A stretch of DNA of 64,000 nt from Chrysomallon squamiferum (GCA_012295275.1 CM022677.1:248001-312000); one strand, 5' to 3'. Positions 23,901-38,478 are shown, counted from the first letter of the stretch. Made by a program: numbers and translations. Notes: generated by a model not told the origin, from the letters alone.

Positions 23901-26312
23901 TTATATAAGCACGCTACCCGAAACCCCAATCTATATTTCTGAATGTACACAGAGTTTTCACAGTAAAATCACACTTGTAATATTTAGGATCGAATACTGT
24001 TTTCTCGTGGGGTGTTTTCGTGTTGTTGTTTTTTTGTCTTCCTGACAGAAGTGGTAATAGAAGAAATATTTTTAAATTCCTGGCAAAGCGTTCAGTATAT
24101 TTTACAAATACAGATTGTGCTTTTAATTAGTGTTCTGGTAATTAATATTTATTAAGTATATTTTAAGAATTCTGGTAGTTGTTCGTCCTATACGACGGCG
24201 AGTGATTTCTGAAGAAACGTTCGGTGAAACTTCTAAAGACAAGTCGGGCTGTGCAGACGTGTAGCTGACTGGAAAAAACGTATTTCATTAAAAAAAAAAT
24301 TTCAAAATCAGTGTCGAGCCATGACGTACAGTAAAGTTTTCTATATATAATTTGTGACGCTGGACAGAGTTTACGTTCTATAAACAATAAGATTTCAGTT
24401 TTATATGAATAAACTGACGTTCAATCAAAAATAGTATAAAAGATATATGCCTGAAATAATCATTTTATTTCCTTTCTGACTTTTTTCTTTTTCCCTTGTT
24501 TCAGTAGTCTTTCTTAATCGTTATTTTATTTATCATTTTAATTAGTATTATTGTTGTTTTTGTTGTGTTTACAAAAATAAATAAATAAATCAGTTCAGAC
24601 TGATATTTTAAAAGTTTCTGGTGAGATTTTTTTAATAACCGGAGAAGAAACATTAACATGTACTTGATAGTAAAGATGTTACTGTTATATTTTAATCGGA
24701 TGAAACAAACGATATATTTCTTCTAGCTAACTAAAAATATCCTCATATCTCATAAAACACTAGTTCAGGAGGACAAGCATGTTTTCTATGATGTAACTTA
24801 CAAAGTATAATATTAAGTATATAAGATTTCTCCTAGTAGAATAAAATGTAACTGTAAGTGAAATTATCAGTATTTTTTATGATGCAAAATAGAGTCAAAC
24901 ATAATAAAACATCACGTTATTTTCACTAAGTAACAATTTATGATATAAACGTCGCTGGTTTTATATATAAAACGTGAATTGCATAGCGTTTTCACAAAAC
25001 AGAAACAGTTTAGTTTTAATGTCGTTTGCTTTGCACGATTAAATTCTGAGATTCAAATAAAGTATAACTTCTCACGTGTTCAGTATTAACAGTTATTTAT
25101 TTCTGAATTTACAAGTCGATCGTTGTAAAATACCACTATAAAATAAAATGTCACATCCAGATTAAAGTGATAACAACAGAACATGATGCTGAAAACTGAG
25201 CTGTTACTTTATAAGAATCCATTCATTTTTGTTGATGATAAATGTTTGTTGTCAACATGAGCGGTTTTCACAGGTAATTTGAAACTGAACGGCAACATTT
25301 ACTGTTATTAAAATTATTCTTGAAAAGCCGATACTATTCCTTTAGCTGTATCTCAAGATTATACTGACAATTTTATATAAAGTTCAGGATAAAACAGAGG
25401 TAAATCTTAATAAAATATCGATGTAAACAGCGGTTCTTTTACTAAGATGGAACGTAATTTCCGTCTGTCTCAATAAACATTTAAATTCCGTCCATTAGTC
25501 TCAAATTATCTCGAGAAATCTACGCTCACCCAAATTAAATATATTATTATAAATATACTGTCAATATCTTATTGATTAAACTTGCATAACGCCGTACAGA
25601 TAAAGAAAATAACACGTTATTTTTTAATCACGTCTCATTTTTATTCTTATAAAATTTGCCAGGTATTAGAAAATTTACATATATATATAGGTAGACTGTA
25701 AAACTGATGACGTAATCGAGACCTCGCCTGACACTTTGCGTCTGCTACAAATAATATCGAATGATAATTTTAAATAAGAAATATTTACTGGTTGACAATA
25801 CTATAAAAAAACCAAAGCAGATATCAGTGAATGTGAAAGGATGAGTTGGTACGTACATGATTTTTATCTGTTATTATTATTAGAAAGTTAATGTGTCAAA
25901 TATTATTATTATTATTATTATTTCATGTAATTTATATTAAAGACAGTGTCCTTGTTTATGGATTATTTAAATACAAGTTCCTAAAGTGTTTTGATTGTTC
26001 TGTCTTTTCAAAAAATGAAAAGAATAATTATATAAAAATAGAGATAAAAAACAGAATTATTAACTGGATTATTTTAATGATTTATTCTTATATTATTGTC
26101 TTGATTTTGAATTAACATTATAAGATATTTGTAGATTGCTGAAATTAATCAGATTAAAAAATAATTTTAGTAAAACCAAGTCTTTTTTAAAACAGATTTG
26201 CAGTAATTTTTATTTTAAAGAAATGAAAATGAAATTATTTGTATGTCTGAAATTAATAATAAAAAATAATTTTAAAAATAAGTCTTTTTTAAAACAATAA
26301 TAATTTTAAAGA

Positions 26313-26400
<88 letters not shown>
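26313..26400. repeat. (AAT)n microsatellite; others at about 23385-23442, 34682-34742, 38500-38620 and 44408-44600
   Basis: Direct observation. Confidence 0.98.
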
Positions 26401-26403
<3 letters not shown>

Positions 26404-26919
26404 TTTAAAGACTTAAAAATTAATTTGCTTGATTATGGCATCATTATGACAGCCTATGACAGTATCAAATAAAAGTAAAATGGGTTCATAGTACAAAATC
26501 TTAAAGGCATATGTCACTATAATTCAATATTAGAATTCATTGCTAGAAAAGTGGGGTTTAGTTTTATTTTAATCTTATAATTTTAACAAACTTCAGTTTG
26601 ATTGTAACAATTATATTTGCTCAAGGTTTTTAACGAAAAATTCAGGTTTGATTAGGACAAATCGAAAAAAAGAAAGACGTTTTTAGCAAAACAGAGATTT
26701 TACAATAATTAATTAAGTAATAATAAACCAACAAATAAACCAACAAATAATGGAAATTGGCTCTTTATAAACTGTTGGAGTTAATATTGGTACTATTGAA
26801 ATATTTTGCTCTAAATAATTTTAAAGAATTGGCTAAATTCGTCTAAATGTAGTAAATCAAATTTAGCTTGACACTGCCAAGGGAAATAACTTTAACGTGT
26901 TTGTAAATATACAAAAAAG

Positions 26920-26992
<73 letters not shown>

Positions 26993-29900
26993 ATGATATA
27001 AATAATGATTATGTCAGATTATCTTTTGCCAGTTGACAACAAATACACAAGACGTTGATCAATATATACATAATAAAAAAAACAGGCAAAGACTATTCTT
27101 TCTTTATTTATTTTTGTTTTAAATTATTTCCATTTTCATTATTGTTTTTAGATAAGATGCAATGAGTTTGAATTTGCAAATGTCAGGATTTAAAACAGTT
27201 AAGAACAAATACCATTTTTTTTTTTTAAATATTTATACTGCCACCCATTTTGTAACATTTTTTGAATATTGTTAAGCAAAAACTCCAAACATTGCTAAAA
27301 ATATAAAAAGAAACTGAATTTTAATTACAATATCTCTTAGAATAAAAAATGCTTTAATTTCCTTGATTTCCCCAGGTTTAAATAATAAAAAAAGAAAACA
27401 AAATAAAAATTTTTACCCCCCCTTTGATTTTCTTTGATTTAAATAATATAAAAAAAGATTTAATTACCACTAATTACATAACTTTTCCCCTGATCTAAAA
27501 ATATAAAAAAAGATGTTTTCACTTTTGTTTTTTATAAAAAAAAATACTAATTCCCCATAATTACATAATCTTCAGTTAGTTTTACATTGATTACCCCCAG
27601 CAAGCCCTTGATTGTCCCTGATTTAAATAATAATAAAGAAAAAGATAGAAGAAGAAATGTTTTTTGTGTATTCTTTTTATAAAAAAATTCTAATTACTTC
27701 TAATTACACAATTTTAAATATATTTAAAAACTGGTTACCCCCTGCAAACCCCTGATTTTCCCCTGATTTAAATAATATAAAAATAAGATGATTATAAAAA
27801 TTAACACCTCTATGCAAACTAAATTCAAATTAAATTTCAGACAGATTTTCTCTTGAAAGACTGTGATATAATAGCTTTCTGGTGAATCTTTTCTGAAAAT
27901 GGGTCTTACAACATTTTCAACTGAAGTGCTGGCTAAGGCAGCTTGAATCTGTTGTCTAGGATCCTACAACAAAATATAACATTCATTAATAAACTAAACA
28001 TAAAATAAAGTGAAAGAAGCATTTGTTGTGAGCTCTAACTGCATTTCACTGTCTTATCAAGAAGAATTTTAGTCCAAATTTGTATTTTTTCCATACAGTT
28101 TAAAATTAAAATAATTTATTAAAGGTTTTTATATTCTTAATTTCAATCAGATTAATATTGTAAATATCTTTCACCTGTATTAAATCTATCTTTTTTCTGA
28201 GATTAGAGGAGAGATATTAAAAATAGCAAATTACAAATTTATACAACTGTTCTGTTCACTGCTCTATAAGGCTGGCATGTACATTTTTACAAGGTTTGTT
28301 GTTGCATAAACCATTATTACATTGATGCTGTACTATCTAAACTTAACATCATTTAAAATATCAAGCAAATAGAAATGCTTTATGAAAAATGTATATAAAA
28401 TTATCGGTATATAAAAATAAAATCATCAAAGAAGACAAATATTTAAATTTAATTAAATGTTAATTTAATCTGAAAAAATCCTGACAATTTTCTTATAATT
28501 TCTCAGAAGAAAAAAGATAAATGCAGTTTAACACATTTGACTTAAGCATGAATACAAAATGAATTAGTATATTTAAATAGTTATATTGTTATTTCTAAAA
28601 CTGATTAATATACCCTGATATAATTAATAAGTAAAACCATTTTGAGAACAATGTAAAGTTAATGAAGAAATAAAATGTGGGAAGACAAAATAAAATATGT
28701 TACTGTTCAATGAAAACATAATGTATACTATATCCTTTTACAATCCTTCTCAGGGATTTTGTTTTTTGTTTTAAAGAAAAACAAAATTGTTGATATTTTC
28801 TAGCTATCCATTATTATTTATAGTCCAGATAAGATGGAAACACATGAGTGAGAGCCACTAAAAATAAAAAAGTAAAGTGATGCAATCCATACAATAAGAA
28901 AAACTGCTGACAGAAGCTTGGAATTTCCTAAACAAACAGTTCTACAGATTTCCTAAAATCACTCATCTAGATCCATTACTAAAATACACCATTAACGTAA
29001 ATGAAATAACAATAAATCATTTCTTGATAATATTTCTGAATAAAACAAAGTTGAACTTAAAAATACTGAAACATAAATAAATCCTAGTGAAAACATTAAA
29101 TTAACTCTCAAAATGCTCTTTTATATATTACATATATATAATAAATTCAAAATACAAAATATACTTTATTATATTTAAGTGTAAATCACGTAATAAATCA
29201 AATCAATATTATTTGCTTGAGTATTATTTTGAGTAGATTACTCACCACCAAACATAAAACTAATTTTCATGACATTCTTGTCACTGTAGGAGCAACACAC
29301 ATAAACTAGGTGTGTACCTTGTACTTGGTACAGGGCTGGGAGACCTACTGCACTGGGGTAACAGTGATTTACAAAATAAAATACCAAAATGACTTTTCTA
29401 TTTCTATTGTTTTTATCATCATAAATATGGTCAACATCATCATAATAAATAAATAAATAATGTTGAAATTAAATGAACAATCTTGAAAATTAGAAAACAA
29501 AATATATATGTATGCTGTAAGCAAATGTAAGATTTTTTTAAAGTAAAGTGCAAAAGTAAAAATTAAAATAAATATGTAAAAAAAAAAAAAAAAAAAAGAA
29601 AAATGAATTCATGGACCATATAATAGAAAATTAATTAAGTTGCTGAATGTTACTTATATAAAGTGAATAAAACAATTTTTTACTGTAATGTTGGATATTG
29701 TATATAATGATTTTTTTTGGTTCTGTTGTAAACAGAATTTAAAAATCCTTTATGACTGAAATAATTTTAAGAAGTTAAAAATAAAATTACAAAATTATAA
29801 CTGTTTAGATTATATTATCATTATGTTTTAGCTCAATACAACATTAGTAAGGATTTGTAATGTTTGTATGCTTAACTTTTATGATTGCATATGTGGCCAA

Positions 29901-30439
29901 ATTAGAAATTAATAACAAGAATCAGAAATTATCTGTGAAAATGACTTGCCGTAATTATTTCTTACTTTCTGAGTGTAATATTGTAAAACTGTTAGTTACT
30001 CAAGGCTGTTAAAGAAAAAAGTTTGAAGTAAGAATAATATCCAAATATGACTTCAATATGTATGTATTCCAAAAGTTGTAAATGAATTATAATATTGGTT
30101 GATTTAATGAACAAAATGTAAATATAGAACACAAAACCAAATGACCTATCTTTTTTATCTGGCACTCAATCCAAATCCCAGTTCAGCAACAGTTTTATTT
30201 CACTAATTTAATATTAAAACTAATTTCACAGAATAAAATAAAAATTATTTCACAGAAAATGAAAATTAGCTTTCATTAAAAAAGGACAAAAACATGTAAG
30301 AATAAAATAATAAAAAAAAATATAATAATGAAAAAAAATATAATAATTAGATTGACTTTGTTATGTCTCTGTGAAAATATATAATGTTTATTAGTATTAA
30401 AGGTATTTTATCTGTTTTATCAATGTAAATTATATGTGA

Positions 30440-32100
30440 GTATGCAACATGAAAGCAAAAAAGGAACAAAGAGAAGAAATAAGAGTAAAAATGGAGAAAG
30501 TGAACAGAAAATAAGGATAAGCATTAGCCAAGCTGCTCTGGGATGTCAAATAATGAGATGTTCATCTGCACCATTTTATCAGTCAACACCAGTTCAACAG
30601 TCTCAGCAGTCACAGTATGGACAATACGGACAAACCTAATGATCCCACTGTCTGTTTTCTGGGTTAATTTCACCAGTTGTGAACAGTCAAGATGTCAGTA
30701 TAAAAATGAGATACTTTGACTAGAAAGTATAATGTATGATAAACTGGAAAAGTTTGACATGAACGAAAAACAACTGAATAGTATGGAATTAATTGTACAA
30801 GATGTCAGTGGTAAAATGATTGATATTAAGTAAAAAGTAAAAGATATGGAAAGGGTATGAATTACATTCACTGACAGTTTGAAAGGAATAAAAAAATCTT
30901 GGAGATTTGAAATCTGTTGTCTTATATGAACAGTTCAACTCACGAAATGAGAGATAATAATACCAGTATGTAACAACAAATATGTGAAGTAGAAACTGAG
31001 TTTCGAATCTTAAGAGATAAACACAATGACCTACAAACTCACTTCATCGCGACAATTTAATCTTTAGTGTGATACCAGAGGAAGATGAGGAAGACACAGA
31101 CAAGGATTTGAAAAGTTTTATAAAAAAAAATGAAATGAAAGTAGAAAATAATACTGACTTTGACAGAGTGAATCGACTGGGGAAGAAGTTTGATGGATAT
31201 ATAAGACGTATTGTTGCTAAGTTCATTTTATATAAAGACAGAGAAATAGTGAGAAGAGATGAACCCGAAACTCTGATAAACAAGCAATATGGGGTTAATG
31301 AACAATTTCTGAAAGAAATTAATGACAGGAGAAAATTACTATATCCACATTTACGCAAAAAGGCAAGGGAAAAGACTGGTCTTAAATGGTGATAAACTGT
31401 GCATCGAGGTCGGGCCAGAAGCCAGTAACACAAACACAACAACTCAGCCAACAGAAACAAGACAACATAGATCACACAACACAAACCAAACTCTGACTGA
31501 GACAAGTCAGTTCACTCAGTGCAATACAATAATGGAGGAGGACAAGTCTTACCAAGTGAAAACAGTGTTGAGCAAATGTCAGAAAACTCTCTCAGTTGTA
31601 AAAATACCCCAACAAAAATCATAACAAAGTAAGCCCTTAAGTTTTAAAAGTAATAGAGATTAATGTGTGAGGTTTGGTAAGTAAGCTTAAAGATACTGTA
31701 TTGCTTGAAAACGTCACAAATTACGATACATTAATATTTTTTGTTTTATCTCAACATAAATCTGGGGGTATAGTTGTATATATAAGAACTTATCTATTAA
31801 AACATATGAATATTATTGAATCACAGTGTAAATGTATTATGTGGCTGGACACAGAAGGCAGGGTTTTACACACAGACGATAATATTTTAATTGGTATTGT
31901 ATATATTCCACCACAGAATTCATATTTTTCATCATCTGATGCTTTTGACCACCTTTAAAATGTATATTTGTCATATCTATGTGAGTAACTATAACATGAT
32001 CTGTCTTACTGGTGACTTCAACAGCTGATGATAATGATTTTATTATTATGGAAGAAAAAGAATAGAGTGATTTAATTGCTGATGATGTATTTGAACTTGA
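30440..32100 (+). mobile_element. Degenerate LINE 5' half: ORF1 (coiled coil plus L1-like RRM/CTD) and start of the ORF2 AP endonuclease
   Basis: ORF1: SSRDNLIFSVIPEE...FDRVNRLG...RRIVAKF..YKDREIVR...YGVNEQF.KEI.DRRK.LYP...GDKL. Endonuclease: NV*GLVSKLKD, SGGIVVYI, IGIVYIPP, ICLTGDFNS (GDFN at 32011-32022). Many stops and frameshifts; clade (CR1/L2-like) uncertain. Confidence 0.88.
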
Positions 32101-32113
32101 GAGGTTAAATATA

Positions 32114-32872
32114 TTAACCCTTTGAACACGCCAGGCCAGCTTTACAGTCTGAGCATATAGAATATATACCCGCTTGTATACTCAGCCACACTTCCAGCAC
32201 GAAGTTTTTGGAGAATTCTTTTGCCATAAATGTGAGTGATAAGAAAGTGACAACCAAGCAGGCATTACAAATGATAATGTCAGATTCTGAGAATGAGAAA
32301 GAGGCATTGGAATATGGAAATAATAGTGATTTTGAAAGTGAAGAGAGTGACGATGATGTTGTTGTCAATGATACAAATAATAACAAGGGAATGATTTCGA
32401 TTAAAAAAACTCCCTCTCTATAAAACAGTATATCAAAGAAAATCAACATCTTCCTAGTTTGTGACAGTGAGAATGGCTACATTTCAAATGCAGAAGTATA
32501 TTCTGGTTGAAGAAAGGTTGCTGGAATAATGCATAAGTAATCATGTGGCCTTATCAGCTGTATAATCCCCAGGGGCAAAGAACATTTACATTCCATGTGT
32601 TTGTTGAAAAACTCTGCCATCAACTTGTGGGTAGTTATCACCGTCTGTTACCAGTGAAAGTGCATTTGTACACAGACAAACACCTCCAAGATTACGAAAA
32701 GAGTTGGAAAGAGCCTCCCCATGCAACATCAAACAGTAGGTGTGTAGAGTGTCTAGAAAACCACAACAGGCCAGACAACAAAATCCCAGTGCTGCATATA
32801 AGAACTTTCCCAAAAAATCAAAAACAGTTTACTATTGGATATTATTTTTATAAATGCTGTGTCATTTCATGA
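32114..32872 (+). mobile_element. piggyBac (PGBD4-like) remnant, internally deleted
   Basis: TTAA|CCCTTT left end, acidic N-terminus (SDSENE...SDFESEESDDD), KQYIK...IFLVCDSENGYISNAEVYSG catalytic-core motif, and C-terminal YQLY...FVEKLCHQLVG...RCVEC. Confidence 0.85.
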
Positions 32873-32999
32873 GTTGATTATTCCTTATTGTATTATATTT
32901 TCAAGTATGCTGCTTAATTCAGTATAAGAGAAAAAAATTTGCATGGAATTTTGTGAAAAACTGAAATAAAATGGAAAGGTTTACAATGAATAATGTATT

Positions 33000-33132
33000 T
33001 AAGTGCCTGCTGGACATCACCAAATACTTCAACTCTACTGGAGACTCAAATTGTCCAGGTCACCAAAATTGAGCTCTTCATCGGCAGAACTTTCAACAAC
33101 TCAAAGTCAGAGTCACATTGGTGGGTGCACTG
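33000..33132 (-). pseudogene. Degraded exon-like segment, possibly a downstream MCC exon
   Basis: AG acceptor and GC-richer composition. Frameshifted readings VESSADEELNFGDLDNLSL and SRVEVFGDVQQALK loosely resemble MCC ADMDNCSDLNSELQRVLTGLENVV. Confidence 0.3.
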
Positions 33133-33507
33133 CCTAGTTTGAGTAAATAAATAAATAAATAAAATATTGTAACAAATATAAAATAAATAAAATACTGCTA
33201 CTACTACATTTACTGCAACACTACATGCTCATGCTACTTTTACTACCATCATTACTGTAACTAATATTTACTGATATTCTTTATTCAGCTAGGGTTACTG
33301 TTATTTTTTACTCTCTTCACTCTTATTTTTATTCCTGAATTAAAATTTATACTTTACAATGAATAATACAACAACAACTATGACTACTGTTACTACCACT
33401 ATCACTGGCTGTTACAGTTGTCCTTCTTGTTACATTTCTTCATTTCTCAGAAAAACAACAACTCAAAGTCAGCTACTACTACTACTACTACCACCACCAC
33501 TGTTTAG

Positions 33508-33870
33508 TAAGGATGTCCTCCAAAATGCTGTCAGTTTAAAATAAATAAAAGCTGAAGTGACAATTACAAGATGATTCAATTTTCTCCCCTGACTTCTTGA
33601 CAGTGAAACCTTAAAATTAATTAAGTTTATATAAATAATTTAAAAAGAAAACAACACAACAACAGCATTGACAAGAATAAATCCTTTTACTTAGTATTCC
33701 TTGTTTTTTCTTATTTTTACCATTGTGTTAGCTTAGGTTAGAGTTAGGGTACGGACTAGTGTTAGGACTAGTGTTTGAGTTCGGACGAGAGTAAGGATTA
33801 TGTTTAGGCTATTATTGATTCTTTTTTTATTATTTTTATTGTTCTTTTTTTTTAATATAACAATGGAATA
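33508..33870 (+). repeat. Duplicate of about 62270-62600, including degenerate TTAGGG-like run
   Basis: Shared string gacaattacaagatgattcaattttctcccctgacttcttgacagtga, and cttaggttag.gttagg. Confidence 0.88.
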
Positions 33871-34434
33871 TGCTATTATAAAATTAAAAAAAAAAAAAAT
33901 AATATTTAAAATCACATTAGAAACATTTTATATTAGTAAACTTGTAAATTAAAAATAATAAAAGTTTTGAATTGTTTTTGGATATAACTGTGTATTAGTA
34001 AATTTAAAACATACAGACTAAATTTTCTTAGTATTCAAAATCACAAGACATTTTTTTATGAATTTGAATGTGTATATATTGTATTTATTGAACCTATGTA
34101 TTCTTTGTTTTAGTGTCTGCTTAAGAAAACATCATCAATAAATAATCAAATAAATACATAAATAACCAAATAACCAAATAAGGCAGAAAGTAAATATATA
34201 ATAATTAAAACTTTTTAAATTTAAATTTGGTCATCAGATTAACGTAAATATTTTTCTAAAGCCTTTCCTGAAAGATAGCCTGAGTAGCTTTAAGTCATCA
34301 CAAAGAGTTAGTGCCAAACATGTTATTTTCTAGTCAGGCTTTATTCTTATTACTGTTACCAGAATAACAACATTAATTTCAGGCTAATGCTAGGATAAAA
34401 AAGAAAATAATATTAAAAGAAAATAATTTCTTAC

Positions 34435-34547
34435 CTGACATTTGTCTGTTATTTTTCTAAATGATTTCTTTCTGCTATTACCTGTGCTAACCTGTTGTTC
34501 AGCTCGATTATCTCTCATTTCAGAGAGGTCAAGGCCGCCTGGTGAAG
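34435..34547 (-). pseudogene. MCC: Pseudo-exon of MCC (colorectal mutant cancer protein) coiled coil
   Basis: cttttctttcccag|...|gtaag. Translation LHQAALTSLK*EIIELNNRLAQVIAERNHLEK* vs recalled human MCC LHSAALASLKGDIVELNKRLQQTERERDLLEK. Two in-frame stops. Confidence 0.8.
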
Positions 34548-34681
34548 CTGGGAAAGAAAAGAAATAATTTTAAATTATTACATTTTGCAACCAAATTAAA
34601 ACATGTTATTTGTGAATTTTTGTGATTCAATCTGATTTATCATTCCTAAAGCTAATTAATGAAAAAAATATTGATAATGAA

Positions 34682-34742
<61 letters not shown>

Positions 34743-34853
34743 TCACAAATAGTGATAATAAACTAAATACTGTTTGCCAAATGACAGAAATGAATTACAG
34801 ATTTACCACAGATTATGAAGGAAACATTTCCTTGAGGTCAATTTTGGTGTTAC

Positions 34854-34920
34854 CAAACAAATAACCACTTGGAAGGATGGCACCATGAACTCAATCAAAT
34901 CACCCAGAAGAGTCATCCGA
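34854..34920 (+). mobile_element. MULE (Mutator-like) transposase fragment
   Basis: QTNNHLEGWHHELNQITQKSHP matches the MULE motif RTNNxxEGWHxxLN...HP around the catalytic Glu. Confidence 0.75.
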
Positions 34921-37900
34921 CCACAACGAGAACTTTTGTATTTCAACTGCGAGCATCAACGGAAATATTTTTTTAAATAAATCACCTTCTTCATTTTTTT
35001 CATCATTTCTTTCTTTATTTTTAATTTACTATTTTGTTTCTTTATTTTTTACTTATTCTGTGTTTTGTTGTTCTCTCGTGTATATACTTCTCTTTGAATA
35101 TTTAATTTCTTGTACATTTTGTAACAGTTGTCGTCTCCGTTATTGTCATTATTGTACGTTTTGCGTTCACACTGAATCGTGGAACTGAATTATGGAAACA
35201 ATTGATGTATTACTGAAATTTGAATAAAAATGTTATGCTATTTTTATATTGAGTAGTTTTTTTGTATTAACATATACAAATTAACATAAGAGAGATAGAC
35301 AAACGACGTATGAAGTAAGAGCGTTAAAACTTAGTTGTACAGAAGTAGTTTGTTGTTACCTTCTGACTGAACACACTGTCAACCAGGTACAAGGGAATTT
35401 AATCAGAAAGATCCTGCAATCTAGAATTCATTTTAGCACTATTTATACAAGTTTTTCTACGACCAGGGCTATACAATGGCAAATACACAATGACAAATAT
35501 ATTAACATGGTATTTTATTGAGTTCTCTACAAATTACGTTGCATTTACTCTTACTAGCTGTTTTTATAATACATAACTAATAATTAATAACTCTTTTCAT
35601 TAATAACTGTTAACATTATTTATTCATTAATATTTATGTTGAAGTCGATTTTGTATTTGTGATTATACATTGCGGTTCCGTAAACAACAGAGTCTTATGT
35701 AACGGAATATCACATTAAACTTTTTGTTTATGTTTAATAATTCGAAAATTTATTGAAACAGTATGCTGTATATTTCTCCAAATTCAGGTATTGTCCACGA
35801 GTAAATATCATCATTTTAATCTACAGTGATTATTTTAATGATCATGTTAGTCTTTAATGTAATGAAATGTCTTTTGTGATTCTCCTATGAAATAAAAGGA
35901 TAAGCTTACAGTTGCTATTATTATATTCAGTGGTGTAGAAATATCAATGATAACAAAATTGTAAATTGTTTTCACTATAAACTGTTTTGATGATATTAAA
36001 GTTCTACAACTCTATATGCGTAACCCGTGACGCCGTGTTTTTCTCACTGTGTCCAGTTTATTCTACAAACAGTTTCTACTGACAGAAATGAAACAAAGTA
36101 AATTCCTCTCTGAATTTCATGTGAAAACCTACAGTGCTCATCACATTAAAAACTGTTAATTATTTTTGAGGAGTTATTTTTTTTATTTTATTTATTTATT
36201 ATTATTTTGTTCCATTTGTTTTAATTTTTCTTCAATTTTTTAATTCTTTAATTAATTATTACTTTTTTATGATTCTAATAATATATTATTCATTTACACT
36301 GAGAGGAATTGTATAAACTGACTTACATAAATTTGGTTATTGCTTTAATTCAAGACGAATTTAGTGTATTTTTTAAATAAGTAAGAAAGTGATTAAGTAT
36401 GTATATAAAAACAAAAATAAATAAAACAAGAGGAACTATGTTTAATAATTAATTATTCTGGTATCGGACGCATTCACTAGCGAGGTGGAGAAACTTCTAA
36501 TACTCTGGGAATGCCGTGTAGGAGAATACCATCTGAATATTGCCGAATGCATGGAACATCCAAAGTTCAATCTGTTTAAAGAATTTGGTTTGTTTTGGCG
36601 AAGCAACGAAGAAAACATTATTTATTTATAAATGCAATATTGTTTATTTATTTATTTATTATTTTATTTCTTGCTTTATTTCTTTAGTTAATTAACATTT
36701 TTTTTATTTTTTTTTATCTTAACGTCACATACATTCTGAACCACTTTTCAGTTTAAACTGAATAAAAAGCCATTACTAAACATATTTTTTCATTATTTGT
36801 ATGTGTGTGTGGATATACATACATACACACATATAAACATATGCCTGCATGCATACCCACATGCATCAAACAAATACACACATACACACACAAACACACA
36901 AACAAACACTCATACAAACATACATTGGCTCATGGTATATTTGTGATCCATATGTTACAAAAAAAAAAAGTATTCATTTATTTTTATATTTTTAAAAATG
37001 TATTTATTTATAGTTGTTTTTTTTTTTTTTTTCTTTTTCTTTTTTCCTTTTTTTTTTCTTCTCATTTACAATACACATACAGTGTTTAACAAAAATATTT
37101 TTTATTTGTAAATATTTTGAAAAAATAATGTTCATAGTATGGCTTTAAAAAAAAAACCCAAAACCATACATTTCTAATCTCTTGTAAATAAAATAAAATT
37201 GTTGTTGTTTTTCCTATCTTTTGTGTTTAACATATCACAGTTTAGGTGTGGTTAGAACAGGAAATTATGTGAGAGAAAAATGAAAAGGATTGATACAGCT
37301 GTGCTCACTATTATCATAATTATTATCTGCAGGCTACTTACTATTATTGTAATTATCATCTACAGGCTATTTACTATTATTGTAATTATCATCTACTAAC
37401 TCTCATTTTATTATAATTATCTGTTCACACACACTTGATAAATAACTGGTTTCTACATTCTGGTTTGTAAAAATCTGGTATTTGGCAGATTATATACTTT
37501 AAAACATTTTTTTAGAAAAATATAAAAATAATTAAGAAATAATGTAATTAAATAAATAAATAAAAATGTCTTCATTGTGGGCCAGCGATAAGTGTCTGTC
37601 TATGTTTCAATGTGTGCATATATTTGTGTAAGTCTGTATGCATGTATCTGTGTGCTTATTATGTGTGCATGAATAGGTATGTATATGTGTCTGTGTGTGT
37701 GTTTGTATTGTATGTTTAAGAATGTATGTATGTTTGTATGTCTGTATGTGTAGATATATGTGTCTGTGTTAATGTATGTATGAATAAGTATGGATTATTT
37801 GTACTTATATCTAAGTATGTGTGTATGAATATTTGTGTTTGTATTACGGTGTGTGTGTGTGTAATCTGAAAATAAACACAGTATCTACTATGTGTGCTTT

Positions 37901-38192
37901 ATCTAGGTTTTTTTAACCTGCTGAAATTAAATAGCAATAGAAATTGAATAAAATACATATTTCTATTTAATTATTTAATTTTTTTTTAATTTATATAATT
38001 AGTTACTAATTTAATCAAACACTCACATTAAAATAGAATAATAAACATATTCCATAAACATACATAATTAAAAAAAACATGCACCATAAAAACTCACTCT
38101 TACACATCATATAAAGATAATTATGTAGAAACAAAATGACACACAGTGCTATAAAGAGATAAGAGGTATATAAAAATATCACTTATTTGTAG

Positions 38193-38478
38193 GTAAAAAG
38201 ATGATGGAGGTAGAGCATGTGCCGGTGATAGAAAACACCAGTAACACAGTCACAGAAAACAGCAGTAACACAGTCAGTGAAAACACCAGTAACACAGTCA
38301 GTGAAAACAGCAGTAACACAGTCAGTGAAAACACCAGTAACACAGTCAGTGAAAACAGCAGTAACACAGTCAGTGAAAACACAGTTCAGTCAGAAACTAG
38401 CTTAAAGAGAACAGCAGCACAAAGTGGTGATGAAACAACTACAGCAACAACAGCAGATGTGAAGAAAACAGAATCAAG
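38193..38478 (+). other. Orphan exon-like segment with 24-bp coding minisatellite (ENT/SSNTVS)x6 at about 38231-38385
   Basis: Acceptor ttatttgtag. Open frame KKMMEVEHVPVIENTSNTV...SLKRTAAQSGDETTTATTADVKKTES. No canonical GT donor found. Confidence 0.4.

Larger units (their letters stand above)
20330..29402 (+). repeat. Segmental duplication block, copy 2 (longest)
   Basis: 20330-23260 matches 11720-14135. 23200-25460 matches 48815-51140. 27530-28030 matches 51540-52030. 28425-29402 matches 1-948. Confidence 0.9.

Noticed and set aside
27835-27963. Minus-strand exon-like segment (DPRQQIQAALAS...), also at about 51810-51964, and a similar candidate at about 866-917; possibly further CAMSAP exons
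   Set aside because: Position is suggestive, but I see no recognisable homology and the copies disagree in frame and splice sites.
31044-31505. 153-aa minus-strand ORF
   Set aside because: Antisense shadow of the LINE ORF1.
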